Of a stretch of DNA of 63,044 nt, positions 1-11,020 are shown piece by piece. The position numbers and the translations under genes are program-made. Origin of the DNA: Chiloscyllium plagiosum. Taxonomy: Eukaryota. The stretch covers positions 5,259,069 to 5,322,112 of the forward strand of contig NC_057751.1 of NCBI RefSeq assembly GCF_004010195.1, given 5' to 3'. Position 1 is the stretch's first letter. Each line of letters opens with the position of its first letter. Under the pieces are notes generated by a model. It ran no database searches. It worked only from the letters and a program-made list of their open reading frames with translations, and had not been told where the DNA came from.

Positions 1-442
1 TACTGACTCAGTAGACAAACCTTCCTCAACAACCTTTGTTTCTGTAGCTGTGATGCACTCTCTGATTTGCAATGCTACACCCCCTCCTCTTTTTCCACCC
101 TCCCTGTTCTTTCTAAACGTTCTAAATCCTGGAACATCAAGCAGCCATTCCTGCCCCTGTGAAACCCACATCTCTGTTATGGCCACAACATTGTCGCCCC
201 AAGTACTGATCCATGCTCTAAGTTTGTCACTCTTATTTCAGACACTCCTTGCATTAAAGCAGACACACTTTAACCGGTCACTTTGTTTCATCCCATGAAA
301 AACCTTCCCAATAGATTCACTATGTCCTGTTACTGCCCCATCTACAACTACACCCTTCTCAGATATTTAGCTCTGGTTCCCACCCCTGCCAAACTAGCTT
401 AAACCCTCCCGAACCACACGAGCAAATCTCCCACCGAGGACA
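1..442 (-). mobile_element. CR1-clade LINE fragment: end of ORF1 and N-terminus of ORF2 endonuclease (decayed)
   Basis: Minus-strand translation gives VLGGRFARVVREGLS* (ORF1 end), then CVCFNARS...VAITEMW...PGFRTFRKNREGGKRGGGVAL, typical of the CR1 APE endonuclease start; it contains a stop/frameshift. Confidence 0.85.
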
Positions 443-685
443 GGGTTGGAACATCAGCTGGGATCATCAAACTGGTCTCCATTGTGCTTTGTCTGAGGAG
501 TCACTGATCCCCCCCCCCCCCCCATGTGATCAGACTCCCTATCCCGCATTCAATCCCATTTTGGAGCAATTTCTCCTCATCAGACAGTGTCAATGAAAGA
601 GAAGATATGGCTCTACCCTGCTGAGGAGGAATGACATTGAGCTAGGAACACTAACTCTTTCTCTCTTGAGATAGATGCTGTCAGA

Positions 686-760
686 TGTCACAGGTTATGG
701 TCCAACAGGTTTATTTATAATCACAAGCTTTCAGAGCGCTGCTCTTTCATCAGGTAAAGT
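686..760 (-). mobile_element. Penelope-like terminal repeat fragment (family B) with minimal hammerhead fold at 721-757
   Basis: Minus strand reads TTAC-CTGATGA-A-AGAGC-AGC-GCTCT-GAAA-G-CTT-GTGA...AAATAAACCTGTTGGACCATAACCTG; homologous to the palindromic copy at 40.4-40.7 kb. Confidence 0.6.
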
Positions 761-1211
761 CTCGGGTTTACAGATGCTGCTGGACTTGCTGAATTTCTCA
801 AATACTTTCTGTTTTGATTTCAGATTTGCAGCATCTGCAGTATCTCACTTTTAATAGAGATCCCAGCAGAATCAGGTGCTCACTACGGGAACAACTCTGG
901 AAGCAATGCCAGGACAGTACAGGACAACAAGCAGCCCCCCCCAGCTGCTTTCTGCCTGGTGACTGGGCGAGGGTTGGGGAGAGGGAGGCTGCTGTTCATA
1001 CATTCCCTAGGGTGACTTCCCTTTTCACTTCCTCAGCGTTCCACATCCTCACAAGAAGGTGGAATTGGAACGGGAATCGAGAGAGGTGGGAACAGGCTCA
1101 GGGGAGGGTGGAGTTGATGAGCCAGGTCATTGGTGACCACATTGAAGGATCCCCACTCGAGCTCACTCACCCGATCCCTGCTGGGAAATCTCCTATCATG
1201 CAAAGGATTGG

Positions 1212-2093
1212 CATGACAATGCTGTCACTTTTAAAAGCTTATTTTGCCTTGGTTCTGTTTTGGAGAGAGGTTGGAAGGCAGAAGTGACAAGCTGCCTGGT
1301 TAAAACCAGTTGAGTTAGCAGCTCAGGAGGCCTGGGCATTCTTTAACAGCCTGGTTTGGTGGGGTCAGCTCTCACAGATCAGGATTTCTGGGTTTTAGCC
1401 TTGCAGTAACATTGGAAGTTATCAGGGTCTCAACAGAGTTGGAAGCTTCAGTGAATGTCTCCGAGCTGCAACTTCCTCTGAATTCTCTCTTGCTGTATTT
1501 TCCTGCTGGATGGGAGAACTGCATGTGAGAAGCTGTTTTGAATTTTCCCTTATTGCCAAGGGGTATGTGTATGTGTTGTTACTATATTGGGACAGTTAAT
1601 TGGGCGGCACGGTGGCACAGTGGTTAGCACTGCTGCCTCACAGCGCTAGAGACCCGGGTTCGATTCCCGCCTCAGGCAACTGTCTGTGTGGAGTTTTCAT
1701 ATTCTCCCCGTGTCTGCGTGGATTTCCTCCGGGAAATTGCCCGTAGTGTGAGGTGAAGGGGTAAATGTAGGGGAATGGGTCTGGGTGGGTTGTGCTTCGG
1801 CGGGTCAGTGTGGACTTGTTGGGCCGAAGGGCCTGTTTCCACGCTGTAACTAATCTAATCTAATAGTTATTGTATCTGGTTAAGTTTCCAGTTGAGGTAA
1901 GTTATTTAAAATTCCTCTTTCTTTCTTTCTTTGTACTTTAGCTCATCAGTTTTCAATAAATGATGCTTTGCTTAACATCGAGTAGTTTGAGTCAGGAACA
2001 CTGCACTTTGCATCTACATTTAAAATAAGGAACCGTTCAAGTCTAGGCGACCTTCTTAAGATATATTGAGGCGGTCTTGCTTGGTCTGTAACA
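1212..2093 (+). mobile_element. Solo-LTR-like element, interrupted by a SINE at 1602-1865
   Basis: Shares its start (..tgacaatgctgt..tttaa), AATAAA and end (ggtctgtaaca) with copies at 14068, 16486, 51001 and 58435. Confidence 0.65.
1602..1865 (+). mobile_element. HE1-like (V-SINE) tRNA-derived SINE, internally deleted
   Basis: tRNA-like head with A box (tggcacagtgg) and B box (ggttcgattcc), conserved core tgtgtggagttt..cattctccccgtgtctgcgtgg, and (taatc)n tail. Confidence 0.85.
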
Positions 2094-2814
2094 TCAGTCA
2101 GAGTGGAGTCATAGTCAGCATTTGGATATGTCATTGACTAAGGCTGACATCTTACTACTGCTTCCCATTACACAGAGGAGCTGCAATAGGCCATTTGGCC
2201 CATCGAGTTTGCTCTGCTACTCACTGAGATCCTGGTTAATCTCATCATCCTCGAGTCCACTTTGCTGCCTTTTCCCCAATCTCTCTCATCCTCAACAGCC
2301 TTCTGCAGTAAAGAATCTCTCCTCTCCAGCTTCAAGGTTGGACCCCTTACTCTGAGCTGAAGCCCTTTCTGTCCTGGTTCAATGTGTGCCTTCTAAGTGC
2401 TCAGACAGACAGTGCACAGATTGGGCGATGCTGGACGGACTTGTCACATGGACTTTTGGTAGGTCCTTGCTTCCTGTCCAGTGTAAACATTGCTGCCTGT
2501 TGCTATTTGTGGACTGGTCACTCACCCCAGCAGCGCTGGGTGTCTGACCCGAGATAAGACAATCAGTGTCACTGACAGACAGAGTTGCCAAGAAACAGAC
2601 AGTAACACACTGAGACAAGCTGCTGCCTACAGTTTGGAGAAAACAGCATGTTTTTCTGCAGTGACAGCCCCTCTCTGCTGAATTGAGATAATCCAGCAGC
2701 GTCTGACTTCACTTTGAGTCCCATGTAAAACTGCACTCACTGGTGCCCGCACCAACACTGATGGTGTTAAAAATCAAAACCGGACAGAAAATGCTGCAGC
2801 CTCTCAGCAAGGCA

Positions 2815-3800
2815 GGGTTCAGGTACATCATTCTTTGAAGTTTGCGTCACATAGAGATAGGGTGGTGAAGCAGGCATTTAGCACGCTTTCCTTCATTGCT
2901 CATACCTTTGAGCACAGGAGTTGGGACATCACATTGAGGTGGTACAGGACCTTGGTGAGGCATCTTCTGGAATACTGTCTCCAGTTCTGGTCACCCTGTT
3001 ACAGGAAGGACGTTATGAACCGGTGAGGGTTCAGAAGAGATTTACCAGGGTCTTACCAGAAATGGAGGGTTTGAGCTATCATGAGAGGCTGGGACATTTT
3101 TAATGGGCGGCACGGTGGCACAGTGGTTAGCACTGCTGCCTCACAGCGTCAGAGACCCGGGTTCAATTCCCGCCTCAGGCGACTGACTGTGTGGAGTTTG
3201 CACATTCTCCCCGTGTCTGCGTGGGTTTCCTCCGGGTGCTCCGTTTTCCTCCCACAGTCCAAAGATGTGCAGGTTAGGTGAATTGGCCATGCTAAATTGC
3301 CCGTAGTGTTAGGTAAGGGGTAAATGTAAGAGTATGGGTGGGTTGCGCTTCGGCGGGTCGGTGTGGACTTGTTGGGCCGAAGGGCCTGTTTCCACACTGT
3401 AAGTAATCTAATCTAAGTAATCTAATCTAATCTAACTGGAGTGTAGGAGGTTGAGAGGTGACCTTTCCGAGAGTTATGAAATCATGAAGAGAACTGATAA
3501 GGTGAATGTCAGGTGTCTTTTCCCTAGGGTGGGGGATTTCAAGATGAGGTGAGAGGAGAAAGATTTAAGAAAGGCATGAAGAACAAATGTTTCCACAGTG
3601 AGTGGTGCTTGTGTGGAATGAACTACCAGAGGAAGTGGTGGACGTGGGCGCAGTTACAACGTTTCAAAGACATTTGGTGAAGTTCATGAATAAGAAAAGT
3701 CTGGAGGGATATGGGTCAGGAGCAGGCAGGCTGGATTAGTTTAGATTGGGATTCTGGTCAGCACTGACCCGTTGGACCGAAGGGTCTTATTCTGTGCTGT
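2815..3800 (+). mobile_element. CR1 LINE 3' fragment split by a SINE
   Basis: Encodes YRTLVRHLLEYCLQFWSP..VQKRFTRVLP (CR1 RT C-terminus) and resumes after the SINE at about 3437. Confidence 0.85.
3104..3436 (+). mobile_element. HE1-like SINE, full length
   Basis: Complete tRNA head, V-core and ggacttgttgggccgaagggcctgtttccacactgt tail followed by (taatc)n. Confidence 0.9.
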
Positions 3801-4054
3801 GTGTGGGGAGGGTGAAAGAATGTTTCGGGTCGAATCATTTCTCATGAACATCAGCATCCAGTGTGTGCTTCGGCCCTGCCCTGTGTCCGGAATGTTCACT
3901 GAACATTGAATTCAGTCAAGTTGTCTTACATGGCCAGGGGTCCAGAAAGGGGGGGGGGGGAGAGGCAGAGATACAGAGGTAGAAAGTTAGAAAGAGAGAG
4001 ATGGACATAGATAGACAGACAGATACAAATGAAAAGAGAGACTCAAACTAAATT

Positions 4055-5625
4055 GTCTGTGGCTCAGCCTACACAACATAACGTCCTGTAAAGTGAAGCA
4101 GAACAGATTAGTGGGCAAAAAGATATCCCTCCCAATGAGCTTAATGCACTTCCCACTCAGTTGGAACAGCAGGTCAGTGAGACAGTATTGTTACCTGCCC
4201 TCACAACCCCAGATATCACTGTAGCCAGACTCACTGCTGCTGATGTCAGATAGAGCTTTGTGAGAGTGAACCCATGACCAGTGACTGGCCTGGATGGAGT
4301 CCCTGGCTGTGCACTCAGATCCTGTGCTGGGAGTACTCATTGACATCTTTAACCTCACCTGCTTTAAGAAGACCACCATCATCCAGGTACCAACGAAAGT
4401 ACAGGCAATATGCTCTAATGACTCTGCCCTCCATAATCATCAAGTGCTTTGGGAGGCTGGTCATGACTGATATCCACTCCAGCATCCCAGTCTATCCCGA
4501 TCTCTTACAATTCACTTACTGGTGAAACTGGCCCACAGCAACCACCTTTTCCCTGTGCTCATCCCCGGAACATCTGGATAATAAGGACACCTACCTCAAG
4601 CTCCTATTTATTGACAACAGCTCCACCTTCAACATCATAATCCCAACCAAATTTATCTCCAAACTCCCAGACCTAGGTCTCTGCTCTGTACTCTGGAACT
4701 GGATCCTCCCCTTCCTGACCCACAGACTGTGAAGATAGACAACAGCACCTCCTCCACAATAACCCACAACACTGGAACCCCACAAGGCTGTGTACTCAGT
4801 CCCTTAGTGTACTCCCTGTACACTCAGGATTGTGTGGTCGATTTTCACCTGAGCACCATTGACAAGTTTGCTGACAACACCCCCATTGTAGGCCAGATAT
4901 GAAGTAAGGAGGAGATAGAAAAGAGGAAAGAGGTCGAATGCCTGGTGGTGTGGTCTAATGATAACAATCTCTCCCTTAATGTCAGCAAACCTAAAGGACT
5001 GACCATTGACTTCAGGAACCAAGGCGGAGGATACACCCCAACCTACATCAATGGGAGCTGAGGCAGAGAGGGTCAAGAGCATCAAGTTCCTCAGAGTAAA
5101 GATAACCAAGAATCAGTCCTGGCTTATCCACGTTGATATGACAGTCAGGAAGGTCAGGAAATTCAGCATCTTCAGAAGGACCACCTTTTACAGATACACC
5201 ACTGACAGCATGCTATCTGGGTGCTCTGTGTGGGACCGTAACAAGTTACAGGGAGTCGTGTACACAGCTCAGTCCATCACACAAGCCAACCTTCTATCCA
5301 TTGGCTCCATCTACACTCCCCGCTGCCACCATCAACAAATACCCCTCCCACCCCGGTTATCATCTCTTCCATTTTCTTCCGCCAGGCATAAGATACAAAA
5401 GCTTAAACACACGTACCAACAGGTTCAAGAACAGCTTCTTCCCCGCTGTTATTTCAATTCGGAGCGAATCTCTCAAATTTTAAGTTTAATGTCGATCTCT
5501 CTCTTTGTGCCCCTTCTCTGCAGTTGGAACATTGTATTTCTCACTCCGTTCAATCACCCTGTGATCTTTGTGTGGTATGACCTGTCTGTACTGCGCACAA
5601 AACAAAACTTCCCATTGACAGTGTC
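4055..5625 (+). mobile_element. Rex1/Babar-like LINE, decayed RT and 3' end
   Basis: Fragments such as [52 protein letters not shown] and GIRYKSLNTRTNRFKNSFFPAVI; many frameshifts. Confidence 0.8.
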
Positions 5626-5829
5626 ATGATGCTCTTCCAAGTGTGTGTTATAGCGATACCAAGGAACGGGTGACAAACTAAGATCTGCTGCTGCTGCCCC
5701 TGGATTGATCTTGTAACTGGGTCACTTTCTGGGCCATTGCAGTCTTGTCCTCCCTCCCTCCCTCCCTCCGCAGTGACAGCCAGATTCCTGGCTAAACAAA
5801 CATGACAGAGATTAAACAAGCCCAACAGA

Positions 5830-6108
5830 GCAGATAGAGGGCGTTTGGCCCATCGTGTCTGAAGAACAGCCCATCCACCACTCATATCCTGCCTTTCCTG
5901 TGGCTTACCCTCCTGGTCTGCACATCCCAGGACACTGTGGGGAATTTCCCATGGCTAATCCACCCTAACCTGCGCATCTTTGGACTGTGGGAGGAAACCC
6001 ACACAGATACGGGAGAGGATGCAAACTCCACACAGACAGTGGCTCAAGGATGGAATCGAACCCGGGTTCCTGGTGCTGAGAGACAGATGTGCTGACCATT
6101 GAGCTACT
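5830..6108 (-). mobile_element. HE1-like SINE, diverged
   Basis: Reverse-complement V-core (catctttggactgtgggaggaaacc...gcaaactccacacagacag) and B box. Confidence 0.8.
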
Positions 6109-6164
6109 GTCCAGCCTTTGACAGATGTTGATGTACTCCAGGACAAAGATGCATTGCATTGCCA

Positions 6165-6550
6165 TCAGAATAATATTACTAACAAAGAATAACATCCTAA
6201 TGGGACTGGACTGGGTCAATGTGTTCCCAATGGCAGGGGAGTTCAGAACCAGTGGGGGGAGGGAACAGTCTGAGGATAATGGGCAAGGCCATTTAGGATT
6301 GGGATGGGGAGAAGTGTCTTCATCCAGAGAGTGGGAAGCCGAGGGGAAAGTAGCTTATGGCAAAACATGGAATGCTTTCTAAGGAGGAGGTAGATGCCAT
6401 GATTTATGATCCAGTCCTTGGGACTAAAAGGGATGACAGGGTACTGGGGAGAAAGCGTGTACAGAGGATTGAGTTGGATGATCAGCCATGACCATACTGA
6501 ATGGTGGAGCAGGCTCGAAGGGCCGAATGGCCTACTCCTGTTTTCCATGC
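6165..6550 (+). mobile_element. CR1 LINE 3' tail, decayed
   Basis: Ends with gatcagccatga..tgaatggtggagcaggctcgaagggccgaatggcctactcctg, a CR1-type tail repeated elsewhere in the window. Confidence 0.7.
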
Positions 6551-8233
6551 TTTTTTGACAACAGCAGAATTGACAAAGTAAATGACTCCTAATGCCACAG
6601 AGACTGACTGGAGAATTGGAGGGGTCAGTGGTGGATGTCAGCAAACGTTTAGACCAGCCAGGACCAGTGGGAACTTAGGAGAAACCTGTCCACCCAGAGA
6701 GTGGTGAGAATATGGGGGAGGGAGGCCTGGAAGGGGGTGCCTTTGGGAGTGGGGTGGGGTGGAGGGGGAGACCTAGATAAAGCAGAAGGAAGAAAGCAGT
6801 GTGGAGATCAGGTGGAGGTAGGGTGTGGAAGGGGAGGCTGTGTGTCAGCACTGGGAGGGTTGCTGTTGGTTGCAGTGGTCTCTAAGTGTCTGGTGAAAAA
6901 GCAGATCTTCATTGGCAGCAGGGAAACATCAGATGTCAGCACTTGGCCCCACCCACCGACACACACATACACACTCTCTGTCTCGGTCCAGAATAGGAAA
7001 TTGGAACGGAATCACTCTCTCCCAGCCATTGGGTGGTGCTCTCACCAAAGAAAACAAAGCCAGCCGTGGTAATGGACTTCAAAAGGGAACTGAGTCAAGG
7101 CAGGGTGCTAACTCACACTGTCTCTCATAGACACACACACATCTCCCATCATTTCTCTGTTTGCTTCTGTCCACTTCAGGTCTGAGAATTCACAGCTTGG
7201 CACACGTTCATTGTGGGCATCGTCCCCCTGGGTGGTGATTTCCTGCACCTGCCCACAGCCAGCAGGCTGACCGACCGTATCAGACAGGTGCAGAGGTCCC
7301 ATGTAAACACAGTCCCTCACCCAGATCACCACAAACTGGTGGGAAACCTCAGGGCGAGGCAGGGCAGTGAATCACTGTCAAAGCAGTGAGGTTCCCAAAA
7401 ACATGCCTGGCTGTCAGATTCTTGATACACAGCCTGAGTGTGTGTGTGTCCATTGATGCTTTCCACAGTGGAGCAGGAGAACAGAGCATTTAACAGCTGG
7501 AGCTTTATTTTGGAGATATTTGTCCACCAAAAGACAGGAAGGTTACACAAAGCTGTCTCCTGCTTAGAAAATAGCCAATGGCGTCATTGCTAGCTCACGT
7601 GATTGGACTGTCATGCAACAGTCCGCCATGCAATACAAACACAACATCCACATGGTGTGCCCTCCACATGAAGACAGTGACAACAGCCAGGCTTATTCAC
7701 CTGCACTTACAGAGCTCCATCACTGGGTGGCACTATCACACAATCTCATCAACTCCAAGCTCATATCTCCAAGAGGGTCATTGCTCACACTCTACAAACC
7801 CCCCCCCCAGTTTTCCACGGATCTCACACTGGATCCCACCCACTTACAGGAGGATGGCGATCCCACACTTTTCCACATGGATGTGGGATGGGACAATCAG
7901 ATCACACCCACCCTGAGGATGTTCTGAGGCTGCAGAACGTCAGTCATTGGGGTGAGGATTGGCAGAGATTGGCCGATCAGAAGCAACTACCCAGCGAGGG
8001 CCACAGTGTTGTCGATGAGCGTGGGAGAACTGAGCCAAGCGTTCGCCATTTACCCCCTCCCCGCTCCCCCCCCCACCACCACCATAAATGAAGCTGATCA
8101 GAAGACTCAGAGAAAACAATAACGTTTAATCCCCTTCCCCTTTCAACAATTCGGGTGCCATGGAGGGCAACGATAGCAGATGCATGGGACCGCCATCACA
8201 ACCTGAGATTCCCTTTACCAATGTCACTGTCAA

Positions 8234-8547
8234 CGGCACGGTGGTTAGCACTGCTGCCTCGCAGCACCAGAGACCCGGGTTCAATTCCCGCCTCAGGCAA
8301 CTGTCTGTGTGGAGTTTGCACATTCTCCCTGTGTCTGCGTGGGTTTCCTCCGGGTGCTCCGGTTTCCTCCCACAGACCAAAAATGTGTAGGTTAGGTGAG
8401 TTGGCCATGCTAAATTGCCCGTAGTGTTAGGTAAGGGGTAAATAGAGGGGAATGGGTCTGGGTGGGTTGCGTTTCAGCGGGTCAGTGTGGACTTGTTGGG
8501 CCGATGTGCCTGTTTCCACACTGTAACGAATCTAAATCTAAACTAAA
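8234..8547 (+). mobile_element. HE1-like SINE
   Basis: Near-identical to 3104-3436; aatgtcac occurs on both flanks (possible TSD). Confidence 0.9.
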
Positions 8548-9737
8548 TGTCACACTGACCTAGAACAACAGGGCAGTCAAAATCCCCACATCTTCCTGAC
8601 TCCACTTGGGGTGTGTGTGTGTGTGACAGAGACTGTGTGTGTCTGTCAGAGAGTGTGTGAATGTGCCTGTGTATCTGTTCCCCCAACAGCCATCAGCCAG
8701 TCCAGAGGGCAGCTCCTTATGCAGCAGCCCCAGTTACACCAGCCTGGCCAATGATCCTCCCAGACCATCAGTGAATCCAAGGACAGCAGGCCAGCTCAGA
8801 GCCACACCAGCGGCCAGGAACCATGATCACTCGCCGGAGAGTGCGACCTGTGGAACACCGAGGTGCCCAGTAGGAGCGTCGTCTGTCTGCCCCTACCCTC
8901 AGAAGGACAGCTAACATCATCTTACAGCACCCACCTTTGAGTAATGAACCCAGCCCTGGATAGCCTGCTCAGGTTTCTGCTCTTTTCCAACACCCCTGGG
9001 ACCTTGTGGTATCACCAAACTTCACGGTACACCAGAGGCCCTTCGGCCCACCTGGTCTGTCCTGTACCAGTCCCACCTTCCTGGCCTGGATTATTACCCA
9101 GCTCCTCCCAGTCTGTGGTACAGGGGTGTCCCTAATGTCCAAACCTCTGACTTATGAACACTTGCATTTCCAGGTGTGATCACATAAAGACCCAATGTTT
9201 TACAAAGGGGCTGCTTGATCTTGTCCCAAACTGAGTCCCCACTTCCATCCAGACCCTGTTCCAAAATGTGGGGTCTGCCTGGACTCACCTGGATGGACAG
9301 TTTCTCAGCCTCCTGTGTCTCGTGACGAGTGGGAGAGGATAACTCCCTACACTGTTAACTCCCTACAGAACAGATAACACAAAGAGGGTCACTGCATGAC
9401 TGCAGGAAACACAACTGGCTTTGTTCAGGCATCATCCATACCACTTCCTGGAGCTGCTACAGACTTGCCTGCTCCCTCTGAAAGCTGGGGAACAACTTCT
9501 CATCTCTCTGCACGGACTGCAGGGTGCTATCTGGAGAATGGGTGGGGCCGATGGGAAACAAACATTAACCCCATCACAACTGTGTGCAAGATCATTATCA
9601 CCAGCCACCTGCTCCCCCCACCATCTCAGATACCTTTCACCACACTCTCTGTATGTTATTAAAGCCTTTCGCCTGTACTCACTCACAGTGATGTGGGAGG
9701 CACTGGCTGGGTCTGGGTTTATTGCCAATTCCCAATT

Positions 9738-10075
9738 CATAGAATCCCAACAGCGTGGAAGCAAGCCATTTGGCCTTTCAAGTCCACACCGACCCTGCCG
9801 ACCAGACACACGCCCCTACCTAATCCATGTAACCCTGCCTTTCCAATGGCTAACCCCCCTAGCCTGCACATCCCCAGACTCTATGGGAAATTTCCCATGG
9901 CCAATCCACCCTAACCTGAGCATCTTTGGACTGTGGGAGGAAACCGGAGCACCCGGAGGAGACCCACGCAAACACGGGGAGAATGTGCAAACTCCCACAC
10001 AGACATTGGCCAGAGGGTGGAATCGAACCTGTATCCCTGGTGCTGTGAGGCAGCAGGGCTAACCACTGAGCCTCT
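9738..10075 (-). mobile_element. HE1-like SINE
   Basis: Reverse-complement V-core and tRNA head. Confidence 0.85.
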
Positions 10076-10699
10076 GTACAGAGAGGGGCAGTGATATCCT
10101 TCCATGAACCATTGCATACGGTATCGGTCGACCCATCATGCTGTTACAGAGAGAGCTCCAAGGTCTCGAGCTGATGAGAAGGAAGGAAGGAAGGAAGGAA
10201 GGAAGGAGGGAAACTGGATTGGATTCTTCTCCCTACTCCAGAACCTTGAACGTTCTTCACAGGTCGGGAATTGTTTTGAGGTGTGACATTCACTGCTCCT
10301 TCCAGTCAGAACCTGAAACTTACAGACACCCACCCAAAGAGCCTGGCCATAATTCTGTCCCAGTTAACTATCTCCTCAGTTCCCATACTGCCTTTCAGGA
10401 ACACTGCTGTAACCTTTAACATCCACTAGATGCCAGACAGAGCAATTGAAAATGGATGGGAGAGAAGCTGCTAAAGGGGATTGGGAAAAGGGGACTTGGA
10501 ATGGATGTTTCCTCTTGGGAGAGCAATCTAGAACCAGAGGCCATTAGTTGCAGCGTCCGTGTGTGGCAAAGCTGAGAAGGAATTACTTCCCTGGAATTCA
10601 CTGCCCGAGAGTGTGATTGATGCTGGGATATTGGAAAAGCAGCAGGCTGTGTGTATACCTGTGAAGCTGTTTTGATTTATCCTGGAGATGGGAGTTTCA

Positions 10700-11020
10700 C
10701 TGACTTGGCCATCCCTAATTTCCCAGAGAGTAGTTTAAAGTCAACCACCTTGCTGTGGGTCTGGAGTCACATGTAGGCCAGACCAGAGAAGGTTGGCAGT
10801 TTCCTTCCCTAAAGGACATTAGTGAGTGAGATAAGATTTTCCAACAATTAACAATGGTTAACATTCAATCAATTCATGGTCATCATGAGAATACTCACTC
10901 CAGATTATTACTGAATTCAACTTGCAGCATCTGCCGTGATGGGATTGGAAGGGAGGTCCCTAAAACATCACCTGCCTCTCTGGATTAATAGTCTCGAGAT
11001 GATACCACAAAGCTCTTGCC
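10700..11020 (-). mobile_element. Second tRNA-derived SINE family (core cttacctggtctggcctacatgtgactccagaccc)
   Basis: Homologous to 37500-37850 and 55750-56052; the 3' tail resembles the LINE tail at 59180-59548. Confidence 0.7.

Noticed and set aside
5006..5629. 207-aa ORF
   Set aside because: Chance read-through of a frameshifted Rex1/Babar LINE remnant.
7179..7287. Strong plus-strand acceptor (tccacttcag|g) suggesting an upstream exon
   Set aside because: All three frames hit stops and the donor is weak; a non-coding exon cannot be supported without RNA data.
9421..10062. 213-aa ORF
   Set aside because: The C-terminal half is an antisense SINE translation (IFGLWEETGAPGG motif seen in many SINE copies); no ATG start and no recognisable domain.
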